Assembly (NCBI GenBank): GCA_964357395.1
Contig: CAYHLC010000001.1
Span: 55,599 to 119,598 of the forward strand
Reading direction: 5' to 3'
Origin: an uncultured Candidatus Saccharibacteria bacterium
GTDB taxonomy: Bacteria > Patescibacteriota > Minisyncoccia > Phycocordibacterales > Phycocordibacteraceae
Length of the DNA stretch: 64,000 nt
The first letter of the stretch is position 1, and each line of letters begins with the position of its first letter. Below the pieces are notes generated by a model that was given only the letters and a program-made list of their open reading frames with translations, ran no database searches and was not told where the DNA came from. A program made the position numbers and the translations under genes. This document shows positions 20,209 to 29,721 of the stretch, piece after piece.

Positions 20209-21068
20209 CCTATCTAACCGAAGACAAGGAAAAGTCACTCGTTGCCAAGGCGGCCGCAATCCGCGAGACGGTTATTACGATGCTCGTCGAGGCGGGGTCG
20301 GGACACACGGCGGGCCCCTTGGGGATGGCGGACATCTTTGCCGCATTCTATTTCCATATCCTGAACCACGACCCAAAGAAGCCGGACTGGGCAGACAGAG
20401 ACCGTCTCGTACTCTCTAACGGTCACATCACCCCGGTGCGCTACGCTGCTATGGCACACGCAGGCTACTTTCCTGTAGAGGAGTGTATGACGCTGCGCAA
20501 GTTCGGCTCGCGCCTCCAGGGCCACCCAGAGCGGGAAAAGTTGCCAGGCGTCGAGACTACCTCGGGCCCTCTCGGCCTTGGCCTCTCGCAAGCAGCTGGG
20601 ATCGCATACGCTGCACGCATGGATGGGAAGAAGTTCCGTACCTATTGCCTTATGAGCGACGGCGAGCAGGCGGCAGGGAACACGTGGGAGGCCGCGATGT
20701 TTGCTGGCAACAACAAGTTACACAATCTTACCGCCATCATTGATCGCAACAATATCCAGATCAACGGTATGACGGAGCAGGTGATGCCCTTGGAGCCCCT
20801 CCGCGATAAGTACGAGGCATTTGGTTGGCACGTCTTAGAGATCAATGGGCACAACATGGAGGAGATAGTCGATGCGGTAGAGACTGCGAAGGCGATATAT
20901 GAAAAGCCAACGATGATCATCGCCCACACCATCGCAGGAAAGGGGATACCAGAGATTGAACTCGACTTCCGCTACCACGGGTATGCCCCCGGTGGGAAAA
21001 AAGAAGCAGAGGAGCTCTTAAAAAAGCTGCGATCAGCTGGAGGCAAAGTCGAAGGCGAATATGCTTAG
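20205..21068 (+). CDS. Transketolase, N-terminal subunit
   Basis: GSGH, DRLVLSNGH, LQGHP, SDGE thiamine-diphosphate motif. Confidence 0.95.
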   Translation: MTYLTEDKEKSLVAKAAAIRETVITMLVEAGSGHTAGPLGMADIFAAFYFHILNHDPKKPDWADRDRLVLSNGHITPVRYAAMAHAGYFPVEECMTLRKFGSRLQGHPEREKLPGVETTSGPLGLGLSQAAGIAYAARMDGKKFRTYCLMSDGEQAAGNTWEAAMFAGNNKLHNLTAIIDRNNIQINGMTEQVMPLEPLRDKYEAFGWHVLEINGHNMEEIVDAVETAKAIYEKPTMIIAHTIAGKGIPEIELDFRYHGYAPGGKKEAEELLKKLRSAGGKVEGEYA

Positions 21069-22044
21069 TAACAACACCAACCCAAAAGTTTTTGATCCCA
21101 AGGTGGAGTCGGCAGCGACGCGCGATGGGTTTGGGAAAGGCGCGGTCGAGGCGGGCAAGAAGGACGAGCGGGTAGTGGTGCTCTGCGCCGACCTCGCAGA
21201 GTCGACACGGGCAGAGTGGTTCCAAAAAGAGTTTCCCAATCGCTATATCGAGATCGGCGTTGCAGAGCAGAACTTGGCCGCGGTTGCCTCTGGCATGGCA
21301 AACTATGGCAAGATCCCGTTCATCACCTCGTACGCCGCGTTCAGTCCTGGCCGCAACAACGAACAGATCCGAACGACAATTTCACTCAATAATCTTCCAG
21401 TGAAAGTTTGTGGTATGCACGCAGGAGTCTCTGTTGGTCCAGACGGCGCGACGCACCAGGCGCTCGAGGATATCGGCCTTATGCGTATGCAGCCAAATAT
21501 GAAAGTGATAGTACCCGCGGACGCCGAGGAGGCGCGGAAGGCGACATACGCGGCCGCGTTCAACAACTCGCCAACGTACCTGCGGTTTGGGAGAGAGAAG
21601 ACCCCACTGATGACCACGCTCGAGACACCATTCGAGATAGGTACGGCGTACTACTTGTGGAAGAACGAGGCGCCGCAAGTCGTTATCATCGGTTGCGGCG
21701 CCATCCTCTTTGAGGCGCTGAAGGCGGCGCGGGACTTGGAGGCGCTCGGGGTGCGCGTTTCAGTACTGAACAGCCACACTGTTAAGCCACTCGACGGCAA
21801 CGCGATACTGATGGCGGCAGCGGAGGCGGGGAGGATAGTGACGGTAGAGGAGCACCAAGCAGCGGGTGGGCTCGGGAGCGCAGTTGCCGAGTTCCTTGCA
21901 GAAAATAGGCCCGTACCGATAGAGATGGTGGCCGTCCGCGACCGCTTTGGACAATCCGGCACGATGGCGGAGCTGTATAAGGAGTATGGACTGGACAGCG
22001 CCGCTATCATGGCCGCTGTCCAGAAAGTCATCAAGCGGAAGTAG
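21061..22044 (+). CDS. Transketolase, C-terminal subunit
   Basis: GVAEQN, GPDGATHQALED, TVKPLD, VEEH. Confidence 0.95.
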   Translation: MLSNNTNPKVFDPKVESAATRDGFGKGAVEAGKKDERVVVLCADLAESTRAEWFQKEFPNRYIEIGVAEQNLAAVASGMANYGKIPFITSYAAFSPGRNNEQIRTTISLNNLPVKVCGMHAGVSVGPDGATHQALEDIGLMRMQPNMKVIVPADAEEARKATYAAAFNNSPTYLRFGREKTPLMTTLETPFEIGTAYYLWKNEAPQVVIIGCGAILFEALKAARDLEALGVRVSVLNSHTVKPLDGNAILMAAAEAGRIVTVEEHQAAGGLGSAVAEFLAENRPVPIEMVAVRDRFGQSGTMAELYKEYGLDSAAIMAAVQKVIKRK

Positions 22045-22045
22045 T

Positions 22046-22684
22046 ATGAAGATCTACGTTATACGACACGGCGTTACAGAACTAAATACGGAAAAGGTCC
22101 GCCAGCACATGGAGGGGTTCTTGAGTCAAGAGGGTGTCGCGCAGGCTCGCCTCCTCGGCGAGCGCTTATCCTCGATACCAGTCGACACCATCTTCACCTC
22201 GCCATACCCGCGCGCCAAGCAGACCGCGGACATCATCTCCGCTTTCCACAAGCAACTGCTGGTGCAGGAGTCCGAGTACCTCGTCGAGGTACGCTACCCA
22301 TCAGAGGTGTTTGGGCAGCCGAAGGAGGACCCCAAGAGTATGCGCATCATCGAGACGGTGCACGACCACTTTGGCGAGCCAGGCTGGCGCTATTCGGACG
22401 AAGAAACATTTGATGAGTTTGTGGGTCGCGCACGCACCGTCCTCGAGTACATATCGAAAACCGGGTTTCAGAACGCGGTAGTCGTCTCGCACGAGCGATT
22501 CATACGCGTCCTTGTGGGCGTCGTACTCCTTGGCAAGCACTTCACGCCAGACACGTTCCGCACGATGCGCAAGAACCTGTATGTTTCGAACACCGGCATC
22601 ACCGCCTTTGAGGAGCAGAAGAGCGATACGGGGCATTGGAAGCTGAGCACCCTAAACGACCACGCACACGTGCGCACTATCTAG
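22046..22684 (+). CDS. Histidine phosphatase / phosphoglycerate mutase family protein
   Basis: RHG, SPYPRAKQTA, VVSH, LNDHAH. Confidence 0.9.
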   Translation: MKIYVIRHGVTELNTEKVRQHMEGFLSQEGVAQARLLGERLSSIPVDTIFTSPYPRAKQTADIISAFHKQLLVQESEYLVEVRYPSEVFGQPKEDPKSMRIIETVHDHFGEPGWRYSDEETFDEFVGRARTVLEYISKTGFQNAVVVSHERFIRVLVGVVLLGKHFTPDTFRTMRKNLYVSNTGITAFEEQKSDTGHWKLSTLNDHAHVRTI

Positions 22685-22685
22685 T

Positions 22686-22874
22686 ATGCATAACCCAAAC
22701 ATTCATACGTCGATTGGTGTCATGCTCGCCATGCTCCTTTCCTTGTGCATTCTTGGGTGGCTCTTGTATGCAACGTCAGACACGGTCGAGGAGACCGTCC
22801 AGGTTGGTGGAGAGGGGATACGGAAAGCGCAGGAAGTTAAGCTGGAGATCGAGTCACAGTCTCTTCCAGACTAG
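22686..22874 (+). CDS. Hypothetical small protein with N-terminal TM helix
   Basis: ATG 1 nt after the previous stop; hydrophobic helix plus acidic tail. Confidence 0.5.
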   Translation: MHNPNIHTSIGVMLAMLLSLCILGWLLYATSDTVEETVQVGGEGIRKAQEVKLEIESQSLPD

Positions 22875-23814
22875 CCCTACTCTGCAATCCTCGCTGAGCG
22901 CCGATGTCCTGCACGACGTGCGCTGCATTGATAAGTCCACGGAACATCGCGTCCTTTAGCGGCGTACCAGTGGCAAAGAACACGCAGGTAGTCGCTGTAA
23001 ACGCGTCTCCGGCACCGGTCCGCTCTGTAGGCGGCTTGATGTCCTTGAACATGGGTAGGTGGATGCGCTCGCCGTTGTCGAGCGCGTAGGCGCCATTCCT
23101 ATCGTCCGAGACGACAACCGTCTTAGGGCCAAGTGCGTGGAGGCGCTGCATCAGCATCGGGACGTCGTCCTCAGTTTCGGTGAGGCCAAGGATCCGCTGC
23201 GCCTCCTCCTTGTTGACTACAAAGAGGTTGGCACGCTGGTATAGGCGTTTGAGGCGCTCGGCACCAAGCTTCATTTGGAATGTGCCAGGCTGGAAGCAGA
23301 AGAATACATTTGGATGCGCCTCGAGATAGGTAGCGATTTGGTCGTGGTATACCTCTGTCCCCGCTGCGAGAGAGGAGAGGTAGATAATCTTCGGCTCAGG
23401 CATATCGGCAGGGAAGTGGTAGTCGTAGAGGAAGTGGTTGACGAGGATGGTGCGCTCGTCCTCGTACCAGAGGACATAGTGGTAGTTAGTTGGCGCGCCC
23501 TCCTGCTGGACCTCATAGGTGGTGTCGATACCCTCGGCCTTGTGGGCAGCCAATATCTTGTCGCCATTCAGGTCCTTACCAAAGGTGGTGACGAACCCAG
23601 CCTTGAGGCCAAGCCGAGCTGCGCTAACGGCAGCGTTTGCTGCGTTGCCGACCCCATAAATAATGGTCGATGATTCGAACGGGACCTTGTCGCCAAAGCG
23701 GAGGCAGAGCTCGCAATCCTCGTGATCTATCTTGCAGTGGGATGCCGCATCCTTGAGGCGAATAAAGTCGTCTACGACGGTGTCGCCAACGGCCACGAAG
23801 TCCAGGTTTTGCAT
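22837..23814 (-). CDS. PfkB-family carbohydrate kinase
   Basis: GNAANAAVSAARLG, ERTGAGDAF; start at ATG 23814. Confidence 0.92.
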   Translation of the reverse strand: MQNLDFVAVGDTVVDDFIRLKDAASHCKIDHEDCELCLRFGDKVPFESSTIIYGVGNAANAAVSAARLGLKAGFVTTFGKDLNGDKILAAHKAEGIDTTYEVQQEGAPTNYHYVLWYEDERTILVNHFLYDYHFPADMPEPKIIYLSSLAAGTEVYHDQIATYLEAHPNVFFCFQPGTFQMKLGAERLKRLYQRANLFVVNKEEAQRILGLTETEDDVPMLMQRLHALGPKTVVVSDDRNGAYALDNGERIHLPMFKDIKPPTERTGAGDAFTATTCVFFATGTPLKDAMFRGLINAAHVVQDIGAQRGLQSRASLEETVTRSPA

Positions 23815-23853
23815 AACGCCAGTATACCCCGTGGGGCACGGTACTATGGGACC

Positions 23854-24719
23854 GTGCGGAGGAGGAAACAAAAAATTGCGATTGTGATGTCGGGCGGCGG
23901 ACTTCAGTGTGCCTATGGTGCTGGGGTGTTGGTTGCGCTTGCCGAGCACTATCGCTTTACTACACCTGACATATTGATCGCAGCTTCTGGTTCGGCCGGC
24001 ACCGCCGCGTACTACCTGTCAGGGCAAAAGAACAAAATCCCGATGGCATGGATCTCGCTCGCCACAGACAAAAAGCTCGTGTCGTTGTTTAGGAAACGTG
24101 CATTTGATATCGACTACTTGGTGGACGAGGTATACAAGCGAGTACACCCCCTCAACCTCAAGAATATTGCAAAATCCAAGACCAGATTCTTGCTCCCAGT
24201 ACTTCGTGTTCGTGATGGAGCGCTCCAGTACTTGCGCGTTAGGGATAATGCAAAGGCATTCCAGATCATCAAGGCATCAATGGCAGCGCCGTTTATTAGC
24301 GGACGCAAGGTCAAGGTCAATCACAGCTACTACATTGATGGCGGGTTTGGCCCCACTATCCATGATTTTACCATGATTTTATGACGTATGCGGTAACAAG
24401 GGGAGCTACGACTGTCATACTTGTTGCCACCCGTACCGACTTTAGTGCTATCGCAAAAGCTATGTTACGTGCCACCGTCTTGCCACGCAATCCTCTCAAA
24501 CAAAAGAAGGCATTTGTGCTGGCAGCACAAAAAGCGCTCAAGCTCGGGAAGATCTTTGTTCCACCAAATAATGCGAACCTGATCAGCATTGTTCCGAGCA
24601 AAATGCTACCCATATCACTTATCAGCGGCTCCAGTACTAACTTGCGAACTGCATTCAATCAGGGGTACGAGGATACGGTCAATAACCCAGAGCTCGAGGA
24701 GCTTTTCTCCACTAAATAG
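23854..24719 (+). pseudogene. Patatin-like phospholipase split by an 11-bp tandem duplication
   Basis: SGGG, SGSAG, ASMAAP, YIDGG; ccatgatttta twice at 24360-24381 shifts the frame, and removing one copy fuses both ORFs. Confidence 0.82.
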
Positions 24720-24734
24720 CTTTATACTTAGTGG

Positions 24735-26378
24735 ATGGCAGTTGCAGATGATCTCAAAAAAGTGATACAGGGCGAGGTGGACGCGTCGGATCGGGCGCGG
24801 GATATCGCAAGTAGGGACGCATCGCTCTTTCGGGTAGTGCCCGAAGTGGTAGTGCGGCCCCTGGGCACGGCCGACATCCAGGCGCTGGTCCGCTACGCCG
24901 GGAAGAACAAGGGAGTCTCGCTCACGCCACGCGCCGCTGGTACCGACATGTCCGGCGGGCCACTGACCGCATCTGTCTCCGTGGATATGCTGCCGGGCTT
25001 TACTAAGATACTCGAGGTGGGCCCTTCGGAGCTCGGCGGCTTCGCTATCACTCAACCTGGGGTGTATTTCAGAGACTTTGACAAGGCGACCAAGGAACAC
25101 GGGCTCGAGCTCCCGAGCTACACGGCGAGCAGGGAGATCTGTACCGTAGGCGGTATGGCAGCAAACGATAGCGGTGGGGAAAAGAACCTGAAGTACGGCA
25201 AGACCGCGCGGTATGTAGAGGAGTTGGAGGTAGTTCTCGCCGATGGGGAAGTGCATACGCTGCGGAACCTCGAAGGCGAGGAGCTGTGGAAGAAACTGAA
25301 GGAGGTCAGCTTCGAGGGCGACCTGTACCGCGCAGTTAGTACGCTACTACAAGAAAACAAAGACACTATTAAAGAGCGAACGCCGGTAGTGCACAAAAAC
25401 TCATCCGGCTATGCGCTCTGGGACATTGGAGATGGGATAGAGAGGCTGAACCTCGCACGCCTGTTCGTCGGCTCGCAGGGGTCGCTCGGCATTATCACCA
25501 AGATCAGGTTTGGGTTGGTCAGGCCAAAAAAGTTCGCAGCAATGACGGTGCTGTTCGTGAAGAGCTTGGAGGAACTCGGCTCCCTGGTCCCCAGCGTCCT
25601 TGCGTACCAGCCAGACTCGTTCGAGAGCTACGACGACAACACGTTCCGCCTCGCGGTGAAGTACTTCCCCGAGTTTGCACTGCAGATGAAAACCGGGATC
25701 ATCGGACTCGGGTTCGCGTTCCTCCCGGAAGTATTCATGCTCCTTACAGGCGGCGTTCCCAAGTTGGTGCTGATGGCCGAGTTCCGCTCCGACTCGCAGG
25801 AGGAGGCAACGGGGCGTGCCGAAAAGCTGGCAAGTGATATCCGCATGGCGCACAAGCATGTACAGGTACGCGTAGCAGCGAATGAGGCCGCAACACGGAA
25901 GTACTGGACCGTGCGCCACGAGAGCTTCAATCTCCTTCGCAAAAAGGTGCGCGGCAAGCGGACCGCGCCCTTCATCGATGACTTTGTGGTCCCGCCACTA
26001 TCGCTCCCGGAGTTCATGCCGCAGCTCGAGGCGCTACTCAAGGAGTACAAGCTGACCTACACCATTGCGGGGCACGTGGGGGATGGCAACTTTCATATCA
26101 TCCCACTCATTGACCCAAAAGACCCCACCATGGCCCGCGTTATTGAGGAGCTGAGTAAAAAAGTATATGACTTGGTCCTTAGGTACCACGGCTCTATTAG
26201 TGGGGAGCACAATGACGGCTTTATCCGCACCCCGTTTGTGGAGGCCATGTTCGGACCGAAGATGTATGAGCTCTTCCGCAGGGTGGAGCACATCTTCGAC
26301 CCACAAGATATCTTCAACCCCGGCAAGAAAGTCGGCACCACCTTCGCCTCCGCCAAAACTTACCTCGACCTCGGGTAA
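24735..26378 (+). CDS. FAD-binding oxidoreductase (D-lactate dehydrogenase/GlcD-like)
   Basis: RAAGTDMSGG, GSQGSLGIIT, GHVGDGNFH, SGEHNDG, FNPGK. Confidence 0.92.
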   Translation: MAVADDLKKVIQGEVDASDRARDIASRDASLFRVVPEVVVRPLGTADIQALVRYAGKNKGVSLTPRAAGTDMSGGPLTASVSVDMLPGFTKILEVGPSELGGFAITQPGVYFRDFDKATKEHGLELPSYTASREICTVGGMAANDSGGEKNLKYGKTARYVEELEVVLADGEVHTLRNLEGEELWKKLKEVSFEGDLYRAVSTLLQENKDTIKERTPVVHKNSSGYALWDIGDGIERLNLARLFVGSQGSLGIITKIRFGLVRPKKFAAMTVLFVKSLEELGSLVPSVLAYQPDSFESYDDNTFRLAVKYFPEFALQMKTGIIGLGFAFLPEVFMLLTGGVPKLVLMAEFRSDSQEEATGRAEKLASDIRMAHKHVQVRVAANEAATRKYWTVRHESFNLLRKKVRGKRTAPFIDDFVVPPLSLPEFMPQLEALLKEYKLTYTIAGHVGDGNFHIIPLIDPKDPTMARVIEELSKKVYDLVLRYHGSISGEHNDGFIRTPFVEAMFGPKMYELFRRVEHIFDPQDIFNPGKKVGTTFASAKTYLDLG

Positions 26379-26386
26379 TAAAAAGT

Positions 26387-26405
26387 ACCGAGGTTTCGCC
26401 TCGGT
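26387..26405. repeat. 19-bp hairpin repeat, copy 1
   Basis: accgaggtttcgcctcggt is the exact reverse complement of 58978-58996. Confidence 0.8.
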
Positions 26406-26469
26406 ATGCCGCTGCTCGACACAGTGCCATTTCGGTGGTAATTTTCGTCGACTGACAGTTGTCGGATAC

Positions 26470-26838
26470 ATGCAACGAGAGCACAACGTAACATTTGCTG
26501 CAGCGAAGAAAATGGAGGCAGGGTGCCCCTCGTTCACCGAGGACAGCTACTCACACTTAGCCAACAGCGGACGGCTAAGCGATGTGTTAGCTGAGATCCA
26601 AGAAGAAGGTGAGTCACCGGCGACCATTGCGGATCTTGAAGATCTCAAGGATTGGCTTAACGCTCATAAGAACTCTCCTGAGGCAAAGGGATATGGACGC
26701 GGCTATTACTTTGCCTTTGGAACCGTTGAGGGTAACCGCAGTGTTCCATATCTATACAGGAGCGGCGGCTCGTTCTGCATTCTTTGGAGCGGCCTTTGGT
26801 ATAGATGGAATGACGGTTATGCCGCGCTTCTGCACTGA
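26470..26838 (+). CDS. Hypothetical protein with aromatic-rich C-terminus
   Basis: 122-aa ORF filling the intergenic gap; start at ATG 26470. Confidence 0.6.
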   Translation: MQREHNVTFAAAKKMEAGCPSFTEDSYSHLANSGRLSDVLAEIQEEGESPATIADLEDLKDWLNAHKNSPEAKGYGRGYYFAFGTVEGNRSVPYLYRSGGSFCILWSGLWYRWNDGYAALLH

Positions 26839-26905
26839 GGCGCTTGAGGTAGGTGGCATCCGGAGTCTTGGCAAATAAGGGTCTTTCGGCTATACTCGGG
26901 GAACT

Positions 26906-27577
26906 ATGGCAGCTATGGCCCTGAAGGCAGCAAAGCGCACTACCCTCGGAAAGGGGGTCTCTGAGCTGCGCGCTGGCGGGGATATGCCAGCAGTAGTCTA
27001 TGGCCCAAAGCAGGAGTCGCTCTCTATTACGGTCAACCAGCGTGAGTTTGAGAAGGTCTTCAAGACTGCAGGCGAGTCGACCGTCGTGACGCTCAACGTC
27101 GATGGCGACGAGATCAACACCCTGATACACGAAGTAGACTTCGACCCCGTGAGGAGCACCGCACGACACGCAGACTTCTTCGCAATTGTTAAGGGCCAGA
27201 AGGTGCAGGTCATGATCCCACTCGAGTTCGTCGGCGAGTCTGCAGCAGTGAAGGCGGGTGCGAACCTTGTTAAGACGCTGTACGAAATTGAGGTTGAGGC
27301 AGATCCGATGAATCTTCCACACAATTTCGAAATAGACATCTCGGTACTCGCCGAGGTTGGAGCGCAGATAACGGCAGGGGATATCAAGATTCCTACCGGC
27401 GTTGAACTGGTTACCAATCCTGAAGACGTTGTGGCGCTCACGGCGGAAGCCAAGGAGGAGGAGCTCGATACACCTGTTGTTGGTCCAGACATGGAGGCTA
27501 TCGGCGACTCTGAGAAGCGTGGTAAGTCTGAGGAAGAGACTGTTGCTGAGGGTGGCGAGGAAGCCAAGGCCGAATAA
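26906..27577 (+). CDS. rplY: 50S ribosomal protein L25 (Ctc form)
   Basis: PAVVYG, HADFF, IPLEFVGES, acidic tail. Confidence 0.95.
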   Translation: MAAMALKAAKRTTLGKGVSELRAGGDMPAVVYGPKQESLSITVNQREFEKVFKTAGESTVVTLNVDGDEINTLIHEVDFDPVRSTARHADFFAIVKGQKVQVMIPLEFVGESAAVKAGANLVKTLYEIEVEADPMNLPHNFEIDISVLAEVGAQITAGDIKIPTGVELVTNPEDVVALTAEAKEEELDTPVVGPDMEAIGDSEKRGKSEEETVAEGGEEAKAE

Positions 27578-27617
27578 TTGGTCACGCGCTGCGCGTGAAT
27601 AACGTTATACTGGGAGC

Positions 27618-28988
27618 ATGCGCTCCTTTTTTGCGTTTAGTGCGCTCGCACTCATCCTCTGTGGGACATTCTTTATTGCGGTACCTTCGGCATCCGCCGA
27701 GTTCCTGACCGAGGCTGACAAGGCACGATTGCAGGACGAATACAACAAGATCCAAGCCGAGATTAACGAGTGGCAGAAGGTCTTGGACGAGACACGGGCC
27801 AAGAAGAACTCCATCCAAGGCGATGTTACCAGCCTCAACGCTCTGATCAAAAAGGCTGCTGCCGAGATCAAGCAACGCGCGACGACGATTGCAAGGATCG
27901 GGAGCGATATTGCGGAGAAGTCAGAGCAGATCAGCAGCTATGAAGAAAAGCTGAATCGCGGTCGGGTCTCCCTGGCCGACATGCTGCGGAAGCAATTCGA
28001 AGCCGATGAGCGTTCGGTCGCAGAGTTGGTGCTCTCGTCCGACAACTTCGGCTCCTTTTATGGCGACCTAGAGGCGCTGGCATACGTGCGCAGCGACCTA
28101 CAGAATTTGTTTGATCAGGTACGCACGGTGAAGGCGGAGACCGAGGAGGAGAAGGCCGCACTCACCGAAAAGCGGAATCAGGAGCTCGACGCCAAGTACG
28201 ATGTCGAGAAGGCCAAGAAGCAGATCGCAGCAAACGAGGCAGAGAAGCGTCAGCTACTCTCGATAACAAAAAACCAGGAGGCCGCATACTCGAATGTGCT
28301 CGCAGAGCGGCAACGTCGTGCAGAGCAGATACGGAACGCACTCTTCCCACTCCGCGACACGGAGGGGATCTCGTTTGGTGACGCGCTCGACTACGCGGTC
28401 TATGCCTCGCAAAAAACAGGGGTCCGTGCGTCGCTCATCCTCGCGATCCTCTCGCAGGAGTCTGACCTCGGCAAGAACGTTGGTTCATGCTACGTGACGA
28501 ACCTCGAGAGTGGCGATGGTGTGGGCAAGAACACCGGACGGGTCTTTGAGCAGGTGATGAAGGCGCCTCGTGATACGCAGCCGTTCGAGCGGATCACCTC
28601 GGCCTTGGGGAGAGTATGGGGCGCCACGCCTGTCTCGTGTCCCCTGGGGCAGACCTACACCTCGGGACGCGGCTTCGGTGGCGCTATGGGCCCATCGCAG
28701 TTCATCCCTTCTACCTGGGTGCTGTATGAAAAGCGATTGGATGCTGCGCTCTCGGTGGGCCAAGCAGACCCATGGAATGCGAAGCATGCTGTTATGGCAA
28801 CGGCGCTCTACATGCAGGACTTGGGTGCTGCGGGTGGCGCGTATACCGCGGAGCGCAATGCCGCGTGTCGCTACTACTCGGGTCGCGCCTGCGACAGTAA
28901 GAAGCCCTCTAACTCGGCGTATGGAGACTCGGTAGTAAAGAAGGCAGAGAGCTTCCAGGAGAATATCGATTTCCTAAAGGGAAGTTAG
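27618..28988 (+). CDS. Secreted coiled-coil lytic murein transglycosylase
   Basis: Signal peptide, about 210-aa coiled coil, AILSQES, GAMGPSQFIPSTW, DPWN. Confidence 0.88.
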   Translation: MRSFFAFSALALILCGTFFIAVPSASAEFLTEADKARLQDEYNKIQAEINEWQKVLDETRAKKNSIQGDVTSLNALIKKAAAEIKQRATTIARIGSDIAEKSEQISSYEEKLNRGRVSLADMLRKQFEADERSVAELVLSSDNFGSFYGDLEALAYVRSDLQNLFDQVRTVKAETEEEKAALTEKRNQELDAKYDVEKAKKQIAANEAEKRQLLSITKNQEAAYSNVLAERQRRAEQIRNALFPLRDTEGISFGDALDYAVYASQKTGVRASLILAILSQESDLGKNVGSCYVTNLESGDGVGKNTGRVFEQVMKAPRDTQPFERITSALGRVWGATPVSCPLGQTYTSGRGFGGAMGPSQFIPSTWVLYEKRLDAALSVGQADPWNAKHAVMATALYMQDLGAAGGAYTAERNAACRYYSGRACDSKKPSNSAYGDSVVKKAESFQENIDFLKGS

Positions 28989-29046
28989 CCACCGTTTCCT
29001 GTGGGAAACACCTATGCAGCGCTGCGGCGGTGCTACCATTCAGGTA

Positions 29047-29721
29047 ATGCCGCCTAATGTCCAGCCGCAGGTACCAACGCCTGTGCCCGCATCCAAAAGC
29101 GGACTTCTAGTTGTTTTCTTATTAATCGTTACACTTCTTGTTGGAGGAGGGTATTTGGGTAGTTTGATAGGTATTTTCTCTCCGGTTCATGGGTCAGTGT
29201 CAGTTTTGGTTCGAGGAACAGACGATACACGTTCCGTGCAGTATCTGAACCTCGCCTCCGGGGTTCACGAAGTGCGCACCGATATCAATGCCTCGGAGTT
29301 CGCAGCCGAGAATATTAAGATTTTTGCACTCAGCGATGGTACCTATATTACGCTTTCGTCGGCGGGCATTGTCCGCAAGAACGATACCGATGGCTCGGAG
29401 AGCCTCCTTGTGGCTACACCAGTTGCACCTGTTATGGCACGAACCCCACTTGCAGTGTGGGGGGATGGCCTCCGCATCGCGTGGGTCAATCCGGCCGATC
29501 ACTCATTGCAGGTATTCGCCAAAAACGCACGTGGCGCGTACCTACCGATCTTTGCGTCAGGTAATGTAATTGCAAACTCAGTCTTGTTTACTGAGGCAGG
29601 GGACACGGTAGTCCTGACCCGTATCGCGAACGACGAGACAGAGGTATTTGCTATCGACCTCGCATCGGGACAGATGACGAGGGTTAAAACTATGCAAGGA
29701 TTTGCAACACTTTTGCCATGA
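29047..29721 (+). CDS. Membrane-anchored partial beta-propeller-like protein (module 1, gene A)
   Basis: TM helix; IAWVNPADHSLQVF shared with 31914-32819. Confidence 0.75.
   Translation: MPPNVQPQVPTPVPASKSGLLVVFLLIVTLLVGGGYLGSLIGIFSPVHGSVSVLVRGTDDTRSVQYLNLASGVHEVRTDINASEFAAENIKIFALSDGTYITLSSAGIVRKNDTDGSESLLVATPVAPVMARTPLAVWGDGLRIAWVNPADHSLQVFAKNARGAYLPIFASGNVIANSVLFTEAGDTVVLTRIANDETEVFAIDLASGQMTRVKTMQGFATLLP

Noticed and set aside
20205-22044. Split transketolase as a pseudogene
   Set aside because: Two-subunit transketolases are a known form; both halves are intact and coupled.
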